DNA of 39,838 nt from a bacterium (lineage in GTDB: Bacteria; Babelota; Babeliae; Babelales; RVW-14). The notes under the pieces are model-generated. The model ran no database searches, was not told the DNA's origin, and saw only the letters and a list, made by a program, of their open reading frames with translations. Below are positions 1-10,262 of the stretch, in pieces (position 1 is the stretch's first letter; every line of letters begins with the position of its first letter). The DNA lies in the NCBI GenBank assembly GCA_043822925.1, contig JBDRBF010000038.1, positions 1-39,838 on the forward strand. The letters run 5' to 3'. The translations under genes were made by a program, and so were the position numbers.

Positions 1-329
1 TGATCATACGTTAATTCTAAAGCTTTACTTGAGCTTACAATCAAAATAGATGTTACTGGCTTAATAAAAAGATTATTTTCATAGAAGATCGCTTTGGCCC
101 GGCGCCTGAACAAATTGCGCTTGTACGCCTTGCCGGCTCTACCGGGAACGATAATAAGAATTTTGCCGACCAGCTCTTCTGGCTGAACGCCAACTTCTGG
201 CTCTTCAAAGAGCCCAGAAGCCTGAAGCAGCTTAATACCCGGGACCCTAGAAATGCAATGAGCCCGCTGGAAAGCCCAATCGATTTCTCGTTTGGTAAAA
301 AAATACAACTTTCTAAAGCGGGACTTCAT
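1..329 (-). CDS. rnpA: Ribonuclease P protein component (3' end runs off the window start)
   Basis: Manual translation from ATG at 329: MKSRFRKLYFFTKREIDWAF...GKILIIVPGRAGKAYKRNLFRRRAKAIF; RNR-like motif; directly downstream of rpmH. Not in the ORF track. Confidence 0.9.
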   Translation of the reverse strand, partial: MKSRFRKLYFFTKREIDWAFQRAHCISRVPGIKLLQASGLFEEPEVGVQPEELVGKILIIVPGRAGKAYKRNLFRRRAKAIFYENNLFIKPVTSILIVSSSKALELTYD

Positions 330-378
330 TATAACCACTGTGTGCCTATGCACCGATAAATCGGCGCACAAACTCAAA

Positions 379-513
379 TTAAACGGTTAATTTTTTACGA
401 CCTTTAGCACGACGTCTGTTGATGATCTTTTGACCATCTAACGTTGCCATTCTAGCTCTAAACCCGTGTTTACGTTTTCTCTTTAAATTACTTGGACGAT
501 ACGTAACTGACAT
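379..513 (-). CDS. rpmH: 50S ribosomal protein L34
   Basis: Manual translation [44 protein letters not shown] (44 aa), canonical L34. Confidence 0.98.
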   Translation of the reverse strand: MSVTYRPSNLKRKRKHGFRARMATLDGQKIINRRRAKGRKKLTV

Positions 514-729
514 AAAATCCCTAACTGAAATAAAACGCTATTCAATTCATATAAAACTCTAATAATAGTTCTCAAATTTTAATGTAGAAATCGAAATAAA
601 GCAAGCGTTTATGCACCCAACTTCCCCCCTTCCACAAACAAAACCTACAAACCGTTGAGTTCGCATTGATTACCATTTTAAACTCTGAACCAATCAAATA
701 TAAAACTTTAACCCAAAAAGGAAAAATCT

Positions 730-2124
730 ATGAACAATCTAAGAGCAGCCCGGTCGTACAGCTACATCCTTTGTTTTTTATACCTAACCTGCACAGCCCC
801 CACACTCAAAGCAAATCTCTCACTGCACGTTAAAAGCTTCCAAGCATCACTAAAAACGCTCAAAGAAAAGCTTGTATCACTGGCTCAAAAGCTTAACGAG
901 ATCCAAAAACAACTTACAACCATGCCAGAAATAAACCCCGAAGACCGCAAAAAGCTTACTGGAACTCAAAAATTCCTAGGAATCCCCCAAATTATTATTG
1001 ATTCTAAAGACTGTCCAAATTATGAAAAACTTTTTGAGAAGCTAAGAACATACGGGCCCAATAATCCAAACGCTCCAGGTTTAAACGAAAACGATTTTGA
1101 AGTTTTCACAAACCTAAAAACTCATAAAACTGTCTTAAAAATTCTCTTTAATAATTATATAAAAAAAATCGCATCCAATACCGGTGATTACAAAGATTAC
1201 CCATTTAACTGGTGCAACTGTGAAGATGCTCCAGTGGCAAATAGATTACTCCTCATTCTTTGCCAACTGAACGACATCTCAGAAACATATAAAAATAAAT
1301 CTCAAAAAATAGTCCATACAGCTTTTGCTGAAGGGTTTTGCCTTTTGCAATCCTGGTTTCTCATTAATGCCCTTATAAAAATCGGCTACACAGATCTTTG
1401 TGTAAATATTATAGGGACAACTATCCTAAACGACTTTACCGATAAAGCTGGTTTTACAGGAAAACCATCCAAAGAACAAGTCGCTAAACTTTTGCATGAT
1501 AAGCTCCCAGACAATACAAAAGTAACCATTAAAATTTACGAACACGGGCACGACTATATTTTGGATAAAAACGCGCTAAAAAGTCACAGTTTTGACATAA
1601 TAGACATTGGAGGAATTGACGCTGGACAATCTTTGATAAAAATTAAAGACAATTATTGGAAGTATGGATTACTTACGCTACAAGCAGACTGGATAACTGA
1701 TTCAGGAATACAAACAACCTCTCCCATTGCTCATTTTTATATCTCTCACCACACTCAACCCAATATAGAAATGACACCAGCACGGTATGCACGAAAGCCC
1801 TTCGATAAAATTGACGGCAACCCTATCACCGAAATTTTGACGCAGGCACAAAACGAAAAATTACAATCAAAAGAAGAAATAATTACATGGTTTACAAAAA
1901 GCCAGCGTGAAACCATCAATAACAAAGTAAAAGAAAGCTATCCAACCTGGACCATAGACTTCACGCTTGCAATTAATGCCCAAACAGAATTCCAACAAAT
2001 CGTTGACCTCATGCGCATAAATAATAATGACATTATTATTTATGACGCAAATGACAAAAAAGTAACCAAATGGACCACTGGGTATTCACCTAATAAAGAT
2101 AACGGCTTTTTATTACGCCCTTAA
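730..2124 (+). CDS. Putative secreted protein with N-terminal coiled-coil and possible Rossmann/methyltransferase-like core
   Basis: 464-aa ORF, AAGGA SD, hydrophobic signal-like N-terminus (..TLKA), heptad segment aa 29-62. Confidence 0.75.
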   Translation: MNNLRAARSYSYILCFLYLTCTAPTLKANLSLHVKSFQASLKTLKEKLVSLAQKLNEIQKQLTTMPEINPEDRKKLTGTQKFLGIPQIIIDSKDCPNYEKLFEKLRTYGPNNPNAPGLNENDFEVFTNLKTHKTVLKILFNNYIKKIASNTGDYKDYPFNWCNCEDAPVANRLLLILCQLNDISETYKNKSQKIVHTAFAEGFCLLQSWFLINALIKIGYTDLCVNIIGTTILNDFTDKAGFTGKPSKEQVAKLLHDKLPDNTKVTIKIYEHGHDYILDKNALKSHSFDIIDIGGIDAGQSLIKIKDNYWKYGLLTLQADWITDSGIQTTSPIAHFYISHHTQPNIEMTPARYARKPFDKIDGNPITEILTQAQNEKLQSKEEIITWFTKSQRETINNKVKESYPTWTIDFTLAINAQTEFQQIVDLMRINNNDIIIYDANDKKVTKWTTGYSPNKDNGFLLRP

Positions 2125-2138
2125 TTCACACTAATAAG

Positions 2139-2178
2139 CAAAGCGGGCACGGTTTTGTTTACGTGTGTGCCCGCTTTG
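2139..2178. terminator. Bidirectional intrinsic terminator
   Basis: Inverted repeat CAAAGCGGGCAC / GTGCCCGCTTTG between convergent genes. Confidence 0.75.
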
Positions 2179-2218
2179 TTTAAATCTAAACAGTTTTAAG
2201 CCATCTTATATCTTAACG

Positions 2219-5200
2219 CTATTTTTTTAACACCTTTAACGCAATTTGAGCTATCTGATTAAAGAACTGATCAGGCTTATTAAAATCAATTTGTATTTCT
2301 TGATTTTTTAACTGTTTACCCAGAATTACTGCGTCAAATTTAATAAGTGGCATTTTGCCCTGATAAACCAATTCAGACATCTTAAAATCAAGGCTCGCTT
2401 TTTGTAGCTTAAATATGCCACCAACAGTATTCGTAACATCTTTAGTCGCATCACCAATATCAATAATCCCTTCTTTTGTATTTTGAACAGCTGCTTGAGC
2501 GACTCTCAATGTTTCACGTGCGGTAAATTCAGCAGTTTCCAACGGCACAATACGAGGGTCAAGACCTTCAATCGCACCAGCAATCACTTTAGCCCACTGC
2601 AAAACGCCCATAGCTGCTTTATGAGCACTCCACAATGCTGCAATCTTAGGCCCAAGCCATACCATTGCACCATACGTCCAAAAATTAAGCCCATTAATCT
2701 CTCTTTGCGTATTATCTATCTCAATATTAATCTTATCAACTTCTCGTTGAGCATCTGTAATTCTTCTGCACATTTTTGCTTTATTACCCTGAGCATCATA
2801 CAAAGCCTTAATTTGAGTTTGAAGTTTTGCTACCTCTGATTGTGCCCATACCAAATCTGCATTAGCTTTGTCAAAATCTTTACGCACATTCGCCTGAATA
2901 TCATTAATCTTTTTTATGATTTTTTTTTCAACAAAATCTCTAAAATCATCTTTGAAATCGCCATGAACCACAAAATCTGTTGTTGAAAGTAAATCTTTTC
3001 CAATTGTTTTCATATCAAGTGCAACTTCAACCATACCACCAAACAACGACGTCTTAGTCATAAACTTGAGACCATCTTTATTAAATATCCCTTCTGTCTG
3101 GCTTTCAGTCTTAAAAATACCCCATTTATCGTTACCAACTTTAAGCTTGCCTGAAAGATAAAACTCTTGCTCTAGTGGCGTAAGCTTCATGGAAAAAATA
3201 GGACCGTCATCAGTGGTGCCATATTTTTTGTCCATCCCAGCACCAGTCAACATAAAAAAGTCGCCTATTTTAATCGTCGAAAGAGCGCCTACGGCTTTCA
3301 CACCCCCTTCAAGAGAAAGGGACATATCCACCATGGCAAAGAAATTTTCCGGAGCCTGTGGGTCAAATATCCTAAAGAAATTCGGCATAATAATTTCGCC
3401 CCGGCATGAAATTCCCGGCTCGATATAAATCTCGCCAATTCGAGCCCCCTTTGGACAAAAACGAATCTCGCCCATATACCCAAATTCTGGAATATTATTA
3501 ACCGGAATCATAATGCCCAAATCGTTAGCAAATTTAACAATATCTTTAAGTTTTATCATTTCATGTTTAACTTTGCCCGTTCCAGGGTCTATTACTTGAG
3601 CCCCAGTCTTAGGATCTATTGCTTCTTTATACAGCTCACCAAGTAAAACAAGATCAGCTATATCAGATGTTGCCTTGAGCGCCATACGCGCAATAGCATC
3701 ACCTATCTTAAGCCCTCCAGTAATTCCAAACACTGTTGGCACACCTGACGCTGGAAAAATTTTATAATCAATACCCAGCTCAAGCCCAAGATCAAAAATA
3801 GCCAATTTGTCTCTCTTTAAACGTAATAACGTCGCTATGCCAAGAGGATCAACCCACATGCCCTTCATGCTGGCAGCTAAACTAGCCGTTTGAACTCCCA
3901 TTTGAAACGCGCCAGTAAATTCAAGTAACTGGTCTTGTGGGGTAGGACGGACTCCAATAGAAGCAAGAACACTCGCCGATGGCCCATCACCACTAATACG
4001 AGCAGCCATTCTTTGAATATAAAACGCAGGCCCTTTTGGTATCTCAAAACCCAACTGCATTGGTATATTTACAGTAAGCATAAGATCAGGCAAACTTGTA
4101 CCAATCGACCCAACTATCTGTAAACTTGTTGGCATCTTACTCAGAGTCTGAGCTATTTGCGCCCGCTGTTCTTCGTCTTTAATATTTTTCAAGACAACGT
4201 TTAATAACGGAATATTAGCAACAAGATTTATGCCCTTTTTAATGTCCAAATTAAGCTTTTCATCGCGATAGCTTTTTGTTGAAACAATAAACTGAGCCCC
4301 TGATAGATCAAGTTCATCAAGCGGCGTCCCTTTTGCTGCGGGAATAGCTTCCGAAATTTTCCAGCCCTTAGCTAAATTCGCTGTTACCAATAAAAAGTCA
4401 GGAAATTTATTAATACAAAGTGTCGTCGAGACATTTAACAACGTACCGGTGCCATATAAATACAAAAGCTTTTGCTTCAAATCAAAGCCGAGCCCAACAT
4501 TTTTAATATTCACATCTTCAAGCCCGGGGATCTTTAATTCTTTGAATGGATAAATAGGCTTATCATACCCCAATTTAGCATCAAACGTTACTTGACCGAT
4601 AGAAGATATCGTTAAAGAAGTTGCCACTTTTCCTAAGTCTAATTTAACTGGTAACTGGCTACCAAGTTCTGTAAAATCTGTAGTACTAGCCAACTTTAAC
4701 GTTGGACTTTTAAATAACTTACTCACCTGAATAAGCACATCACGCGTCACAACAGAATCAAGAATTGTTTTTTCAAATTGGGGGATAATAGAAGATAAAC
4801 GTATTTCTCGCACTTTAGCTTCAAGAAACCCATCAGCATTATCTAGCCCAATACTTAATTCAGTATCTTCTTGACCCGATTTAGAAAAAAGTGACGTACG
4901 GACAAATAATCTTTGTGTTTTTAAGCCAAGCGAAAGATATAATTTTTTAAACGTTAACTTTTTCCAAGGCAAAATTGGAATCTCAAGCGGCTGCTCGCCC
5001 AACAAACTAAAAATAAGATCTTGCCCAGGAATAAATTTGTCTAAACTAAACAAATATTTCTTACCAAATAACGAAGCATTACCATGAACTTGCAAACCAA
5101 ACTGAGAAGAAAAAGCAGCCGATGGCGGGGCCAAAACAAGCGCACCAAGTATTAATGGCTGAGGGTCTTTAAGCGCCCCTGTAAAATAATACTTGCCGAC

Positions 5201-5536
5201 ATCAAGATCAAGCGTCCCTTTAAGAATAAACGTACCAATACGCGGGATCGCAATATCAAAAGAAAATTTAGGCTCACCACGTTTCTCTTCAGTAAGCTCT
5301 TCCCAAAATGGCTTTTGAGTTCCAGACGATGCTGATGGAATTGGCTGTGAAATTATTGGCATTGGCGCAGGAGCAGGCGCAAGTGGAACAGAAGCACTAT
5401 CAGGAGCCCCAACATATTCTGCAACACGAGATCCTGTAGCATCTCCAATAATTTCTTGTAAACTAACCGTCCCAATACCAAGAACTATAAAAATCAAGAT
5501 AAAACACAAATACAAGCGAAACGGTACAGACTTCAT
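2219..5536 (-). CDS. Large exported beta-rich protein with C-terminal coiled coil, function unknown
   Basis: 1105-aa ORF, AGGGGAG SD, N-terminal hydrophobic anchor, Pro-rich linker, long amphipathic beta-strand region, helical C-terminus. Confidence 0.8.
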   Translation of the reverse strand: MKSVPFRLYLCFILIFIVLGIGTVSLQEIIGDATGSRVAEYVGAPDSASVPLAPAPAPMPIISQPIPSASSGTQKPFWEELTEEKRGEPKFSFDIAIPRIGTFILKGTLDLDVGKYYFTGALKDPQPLILGALVLAPPSAAFSSQFGLQVHGNASLFGKKYLFSLDKFIPGQDLIFSLLGEQPLEIPILPWKKLTFKKLYLSLGLKTQRLFVRTSLFSKSGQEDTELSIGLDNADGFLEAKVREIRLSSIIPQFEKTILDSVVTRDVLIQVSKLFKSPTLKLASTTDFTELGSQLPVKLDLGKVATSLTISSIGQVTFDAKLGYDKPIYPFKELKIPGLEDVNIKNVGLGFDLKQKLLYLYGTGTLLNVSTTLCINKFPDFLLVTANLAKGWKISEAIPAAKGTPLDELDLSGAQFIVSTKSYRDEKLNLDIKKGINLVANIPLLNVVLKNIKDEEQRAQIAQTLSKMPTSLQIVGSIGTSLPDLMLTVNIPMQLGFEIPKGPAFYIQRMAARISGDGPSASVLASIGVRPTPQDQLLEFTGAFQMGVQTASLAASMKGMWVDPLGIATLLRLKRDKLAIFDLGLELGIDYKIFPASGVPTVFGITGGLKIGDAIARMALKATSDIADLVLLGELYKEAIDPKTGAQVIDPGTGKVKHEMIKLKDIVKFANDLGIMIPVNNIPEFGYMGEIRFCPKGARIGEIYIEPGISCRGEIIMPNFFRIFDPQAPENFFAMVDMSLSLEGGVKAVGALSTIKIGDFFMLTGAGMDKKYGTTDDGPIFSMKLTPLEQEFYLSGKLKVGNDKWGIFKTESQTEGIFNKDGLKFMTKTSLFGGMVEVALDMKTIGKDLLSTTDFVVHGDFKDDFRDFVEKKIIKKINDIQANVRKDFDKANADLVWAQSEVAKLQTQIKALYDAQGNKAKMCRRITDAQREVDKINIEIDNTQREINGLNFWTYGAMVWLGPKIAALWSAHKAAMGVLQWAKVIAGAIEGLDPRIVPLETAEFTARETLRVAQAAVQNTKEGIIDIGDATKDVTNTVGGIFKLQKASLDFKMSELVYQGKMPLIKFDAVILGKQLKNQEIQIDFNKPDQFFNQIAQIALKVLKK

Positions 5537-5676
5537 ACTATCTCCCCTAAAACAAACGATAAATAATTATGCTCATACTTACATATTCACATGTAAGCAT
5601 GTAAGAACGTTTATTTTATTACTGCATAATATGAATCGATAATTCAAGTATTGAGCAATAATTCTGACCACGCTGC

Positions 5677-7062
5677 CTAGCGCGTAAGTATGTGAATAAC
5701 AGTATTAAGCGTCTTTTCACGCAAGACCGCATGCTTAAGCGTTCCCTCATTAAACGGAACGTTTACTTGATCAATTTTTTCGATAACCGGTTTAAAATAC
5801 ACGAACTCTCGCAACTTACTGTTATTAAACAAGTGCAAATAATTCTGGATATCTTTAAAATCAATTTTAACATCTTCTTGATACGCAATTTTATCAATTA
5901 AAAACTCTTCTTTAAGCTGTTTTTCAGCCAAAAGCTCAGTATATAATTCAAAATCTTTTTGCGATTTATAGACCTGATAATCAGGACGTTCTTTGACAGC
6001 TACTAAAATATCTTCTTGGCGCCTTAAAATTAAATGTTTTGGTATTTCAAATCTATGTTTAGATAAGAATATATGAAATAACTCTTCTATAATTGCTTTG
6101 CGCTGAGAAAGATCATCGCGATAAGAAAAAACTTCCATTAACTTATTATGTATCTCTGCTTTATTTTTCAACTTAAACGTAGACTTAAGCACATCGAGAG
6201 ACAAGCAGGAACCTTTTACTATAGATCTAATCGTAATCAAAAAATTATACTGATAACTATCATAATCATACACAGCCTCACTGCCCAGATCTAAACAGTC
6301 AGTAATAAACGCTTGCTGAATAGATTTATTCAAAAAAAGCTCTTGAAACGGGTCAGCTACTTCATATTTTTTTATACGTATCCAAAAAATCCCCGAAACT
6401 TCTTTATCAAGAAACTGGCCAGCTCGATCAACAAGCGTCGACTTCAGGCAAACCCAATCGCTTTCTTCGACAATTTCGCTTTGCTGTTTTTTATCAGAGA
6501 TAATCTCTTTACCCATAAAATTTACAACTTGTTTATCAAGATCTTTGTATTTCTTTCTCTTTGGAGATCTAAAAGAGAAATGCTTCCATTCTTTTAATTC
6601 AAATGGCTCAACGAGCGAAACATTAAAGTGGTACAAAACTCTTCTTTCTGGCGTTACTTCGACATCTTTTAGCCTTGGGTAATTAGATACATGAATTTTA
6701 CGATCAATAATCTCTTCGAACAAATATCCCATAACTTTGTATTTAAAAAGAAAATCTTTTATTTTCTTCTCTATCTCTCCTTTAAAATTGTCCTCTAAAT
6801 ACTCTTGTGGGACTTCTTTTTGACCAAAACCTGAATAGTTTTTTCTTTTAAATAATTCAATTGTTTGCGCATGAACTACAGCAACTAGTTCCGGCTCAAC
6901 AGTGATTGTTATAATAGAAAAACGCGACGAGACATAATTAAGCGTAAACGTTAGAAAACTTTCTTTCTCCCTTTTTTCGGCCTCAGGATAAACTTTCCCC
7001 ATAGACCCCTCAAAAGAAGGCTCCATTATTTGATTTACATCCATGCCCTGTTCTCCCATCAA
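5677..7062 (-). CDS. tig: Trigger factor-like chaperone (divergent); start uncertain
   Basis: Length and domain order: ITITVEPE..GFGQKEVP (GFRxGKVP-like), central FKBP-like region, C-terminal FEIPKHLI..KIAYQEDVKI..LREKTL. Confidence 0.75.
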   Translation of the reverse strand: MMGEQGMDVNQIMEPSFEGSMGKVYPEAEKREKESFLTFTLNYVSSRFSIITITVEPELVAVVHAQTIELFKRKNYSGFGQKEVPQEYLEDNFKGEIEKKIKDFLFKYKVMGYLFEEIIDRKIHVSNYPRLKDVEVTPERRVLYHFNVSLVEPFELKEWKHFSFRSPKRKKYKDLDKQVVNFMGKEIISDKKQQSEIVEESDWVCLKSTLVDRAGQFLDKEVSGIFWIRIKKYEVADPFQELFLNKSIQQAFITDCLDLGSEAVYDYDSYQYNFLITIRSIVKGSCLSLDVLKSTFKLKNKAEIHNKLMEVFSYRDDLSQRKAIIEELFHIFLSKHRFEIPKHLILRRQEDILVAVKERPDYQVYKSQKDFELYTELLAEKQLKEEFLIDKIAYQEDVKIDFKDIQNYLHLFNNSKLREFVYFKPVIEKIDQVNVPFNEGTLKHAVLREKTLNTVIHILTR

Positions 7063-7141
7063 AATTTTACTATTTTGCGTAGAAAGAAACTTGTACTCAC
7101 AAGATCATATAATCAAATAAAAAAGGGGAAGGTCAAGTAAT

Positions 7142-7228
7142 TGGTGCAAGAGGGGGGACTCGAACCCCCATCCTCTTTCGAGGACTGGCTCCTAAGGCCA
7201 GCGTGTCTACCAATTCCACCACTCTTGC
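7142..7228 (-). tRNA. tRNA-Leu(TAG)
   Basis: GCAAGAG acceptor, anticodon arm CTGGC-CTTAGGA-GCCAG, long variable arm, GTTCGAG T-loop, encoded CCA. Confidence 0.97.
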
Positions 7229-7233
7229 GGATA

Positions 7234-7305
7234 TGGGTCGCCAGGGACTCGAACCCTGAACCTGCAGATTAAGAGTCTGTCGCTCTACCATTGAGCTAGC
7301 AACCC
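7234..7305 (-). tRNA. tRNA-Lys(CTT)
   Basis: GGGTTGC/GCGACCC acceptor, anticodon loop CTCTTAA, GTTCGAG T-loop; CCA not encoded. Confidence 0.95.
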
Positions 7306-7384
7306 ACGAAAAAATAATTATTGGCTTAATCTATCAAATTTAACGAATAAAATAAAGATATGCTTTTTCGCGCTCTTTCAAAGC

Positions 7385-8524
7385 CTAACCCAAGCGCTCC
7401 TGCACAAACTTCATAGTAATATCGTACACTTTTTGCCATGGGATAGCTCTAATCGACTGTGACCGTTTTTCTGTTGTCACAATAAAGCTGTTTTTTGTAT
7501 CAAAAGGCGCCCATTCAGGGTTTTTTTGGCGCATAAGAGCAACAACCGGAACCCCAAGAGCACTAGCCAAATGTATAATTGACGTTTCAACAGAAATCAC
7601 TAAGTCGCAACAGGACATTATCGCAGGTAATTGAAAAAAATTTTCTGTAGCCGAACAAACAAATACATCGTTAAAACCAAGCTTTTTAAAAAATATCGTA
7701 ACTGATTCATAATGTTCTGGTGGCGCATTAACAATAAAACTTACATCACGCCACTCATCAGCTTTTTTAATAACTCGAATAATTTCAGCAAAATTTTCCA
7801 GCGGCCAATCACGTTTTTTATTCTTAGCAAATGCATTAACAAAAAATACTTTGCCAAAATTCTTTTGTTTTTTACCAATACCATACTTTAAAAACCGTAA
7901 TTTTGCATATATGGTCCATACTTTAGGAATATCGATATATGGAGCACACTGATCACCAACAAGCCGAACATTAAATAATTGCTCAAACCAATATGCATAT
8001 AAATCAGTTATATGCTTTATCTCTTTTATATTAGGAGAAATAAAAGCATCAAGTTTAGCAAAAATACGTTTTTTGAAGATTTGATACTTCTTTATTTCCG
8101 GCTTAATCCCGACAAGAAAACCTTTCGGGCTAATTTCACGAGCCAAACACGCGAATTCATAAGATCGTAAAGTAGCCAGAGAAACAACTACTGGGTACTG
8201 TTCACTTATTGCCTGTTTAATAGACCGAGCTCGATCTATAGGTGAATAGGTTTGGTCATAAATTTTATTAAAAAACGGGGTCGCGTTAAGCCAATCAGAC
8301 AACGAAAAACTTTTAAATCTACGCCAACGCCAAAAACAAAAAGTTCGACGCCCTTTATCAACCCATACATCAATTTTAATATGTGGATATTGTTGCGCAA
8401 ACGCTTTAAAAAACGTCTGCAAGTAAACATAATCACCTATTGCTAAATGTGGCAAAAAAAGAATTTTGTTACTTTTTTGCAACAGTTCATGGCTAACCAA
8501 TTGAGAAACCATATGATTCTGCAT
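7385..8524 (-). CDS. Glycosyltransferase family 9 (heptosyltransferase-like)
   Basis: HLAIGD N-terminal motif, KRDWPLENF, DLVISVETSIIHLASALGVPVVAL. Confidence 0.88.
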   Translation of the reverse strand: MQNHMVSQLVSHELLQKSNKILFLPHLAIGDYVYLQTFFKAFAQQYPHIKIDVWVDKGRRTFCFWRWRRFKSFSLSDWLNATPFFNKIYDQTYSPIDRARSIKQAISEQYPVVVSLATLRSYEFACLAREISPKGFLVGIKPEIKKYQIFKKRIFAKLDAFISPNIKEIKHITDLYAYWFEQLFNVRLVGDQCAPYIDIPKVWTIYAKLRFLKYGIGKKQKNFGKVFFVNAFAKNKKRDWPLENFAEIIRVIKKADEWRDVSFIVNAPPEHYESVTIFFKKLGFNDVFVCSATENFFQLPAIMSCCDLVISVETSIIHLASALGVPVVALMRQKNPEWAPFDTKNSFIVTTEKRSQSIRAIPWQKVYDITMKFVQERLG

Positions 8525-8527
8525 CTA

Positions 8528-9421
8528 TTATACGATATTTTGAGTTTGTTCTCGTGCTTTTTCAAGTTCCACTTTAACGTCAACGCACACAGAACTTATA
8601 TCGTAATGTGAACACTTAGCCATCGTTGTATTTGTTTCTCTCAAAAGCTCCTGCAACGTAAAATCAAGGCGTTTACCGTTATCTTTTTTCTCATCACTTA
8701 CCAATAACGTTTCAACACTTTTTAAGTGACTCTTGAACCGTGTAATTTCCTCGTGAACATCAACTTTATTAATTGTCGCATAGAGATCTGACAACTGAAG
8801 CTTTGCAACTTCATCACCAGCTTCTACTTGTACCAACTTTTCATCGATATTCTTCTTTACCGTCAGCATTAATTGCTCAGAAAGAATTTGAACCTGCTCA
8901 ATTTTTTCACCACAAATTTGAAAACGTTTTTGCAAATCTTTAGCAAGAGCAGCACCCTCTTCACAACGAGCGTCAATCAAACGGTCAGTTGCCTGATCGA
9001 TCAAATCTAAAATAATCTTTTCTTCATCTTCAGTAAGCTCGCTCTTACTTGCAACAAAAATATTTGGTTGCTGAAAAAGGTCTGACAACGATAGTTCACC
9101 CGCAACATTAAAACGTTCTTTAATTAATTTTGCTGCCCGTAAAAAAGCTTCAACATTTTTCATTGATGGAGTTACCGCCTCAAAAGCTTCATTATCTTCA
9201 GCAAACCGAATAAAAAGATACACACGACCACGGCGCAATTTTTTTTGCAAAATTTGATGAAGTTTAATCTCCAAGCCACTTAACGCACTTGGAACTTTAC
9301 ATACAAGCTCAAAAAACCGAGAATTAATCGATTTCATTTCAATCGTTAACGATACTCGCCCCAGCCCAGAAACATCGATACTTGCCGTTTTTGTACTAAA
9401 CCCTGTCATACTTACAAGCAC
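8528..9421 (-). CDS. yicC: YicC/YloC family endoribonuclease
   Basis: SMTGF start, EMKSINSRF, DVHEEITRF..H, GKRLDFTLQELLRETNT, EKAREQTQNI. Confidence 0.95.
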   Translation of the reverse strand: MLVSMTGFSTKTASIDVSGLGRVSLTIEMKSINSRFFELVCKVPSALSGLEIKLHQILQKKLRRGRVYLFIRFAEDNEAFEAVTPSMKNVEAFLRAAKLIKERFNVAGELSLSDLFQQPNIFVASKSELTEDEEKIILDLIDQATDRLIDARCEEGAALAKDLQKRFQICGEKIEQVQILSEQLMLTVKKNIDEKLVQVEAGDEVAKLQLSDLYATINKVDVHEEITRFKSHLKSVETLLVSDEKKDNGKRLDFTLQELLRETNTTMAKCSHYDISSVCVDVKVELEKAREQTQNIV

Positions 9422-9435
9422 ATTAAGCTCCTTTA

Positions 9436-10152
9436 TTACGCAAGATTCGTATACACATTTTGAACATCTTCAAGATCTTCAAGTGCGCCCAAAAATTTAA
9501 ACACTTTTTCTTCTTGATTTTTATCATCCACATTCACGGTATTTTTAGCTAACCACTCGACAGCCGCATCTTCAACTTTTAACCCAGTTTTTTGAACAGC
9601 CGCTTTAATTACCTCTAAATCATGAGCATCGCATGTAATCGTAAACGAATTATCATGTGATGAAACATCGTCAATATTATAATCAAGCAATTTTTCAAGC
9701 AAATCATCTTCACTCATATTGCCAGTAGCTCTAATAACACCCTTGTGCTCAAACATCCATAAAACAACGCCATTAGCGCCCAAATTACCGCCATGCTTAG
9801 AAAAAACATGCCGAATGTCTGCAACAGATCTATTTTTATTATCGGTCACAACTTCAACGACTACAGCTGTACCAGAAGGGCCATATCCTTCATAGCGTAT
9901 CTCTTCGTAATGGACGCCTTCAAGTTCTCCAGTACCTTTTTTTATTGCTCGTGTGACGTTGTCTATCGGCATATTTACCGAACGAGCTTTTTCCATAAGA
10001 AACCTCAATCGAGGGTTACCGGTAGCATCTCCACCACCTTCACGCGCCGCGATAGTTAATTCTTTTACTAATTTGGTAAAAGTTTTACCTTTTGCTGAAT
10101 CTTCTTTTGCTTTTTTGTGCTTTATATTAGCCCACTTTGAATGCCCAGACAT
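9436..10152 (-). CDS. yebC: YebC/PmpR family protein
   Basis: MSGHSKWANIKHKK, NPRLR, YEGYGPSG, TDNKNR, DLEDVQNVYTN. Confidence 0.97.
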   Translation of the reverse strand: MSGHSKWANIKHKKAKEDSAKGKTFTKLVKELTIAAREGGGDATGNPRLRFLMEKARSVNMPIDNVTRAIKKGTGELEGVHYEEIRYEGYGPSGTAVVVEVVTDNKNRSVADIRHVFSKHGGNLGANGVVLWMFEHKGVIRATGNMSEDDLLEKLLDYNIDDVSSHDNSFTITCDAHDLEVIKAAVQKTGLKVEDAAVEWLAKNTVNVDDKNQEEKVFKFLGALEDLEDVQNVYTNLA

Positions 10153-10262
10153 GTGACTCCTATAATCTTTTTTAAAACACTTTAAAATATGACAAAACTA
10201 TTGCCAATTAATGTACATACTTTAATCCCGTTTGTCGACACACTGGAACTAAAAAATCACGT

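Noticed and set aside
628-640. DnaA box / oriC near rpmH
   Set aside because: CCTTCCACA has three mismatches to TTATCCACA and is isolated.
5578-5606. CTTACAT/ATGTAAG inverted and direct repeats upstream of the 1105-aa gene
   Set aside because: Only 7-bp elements in AT-rich DNA; a possible operator but not supportable.
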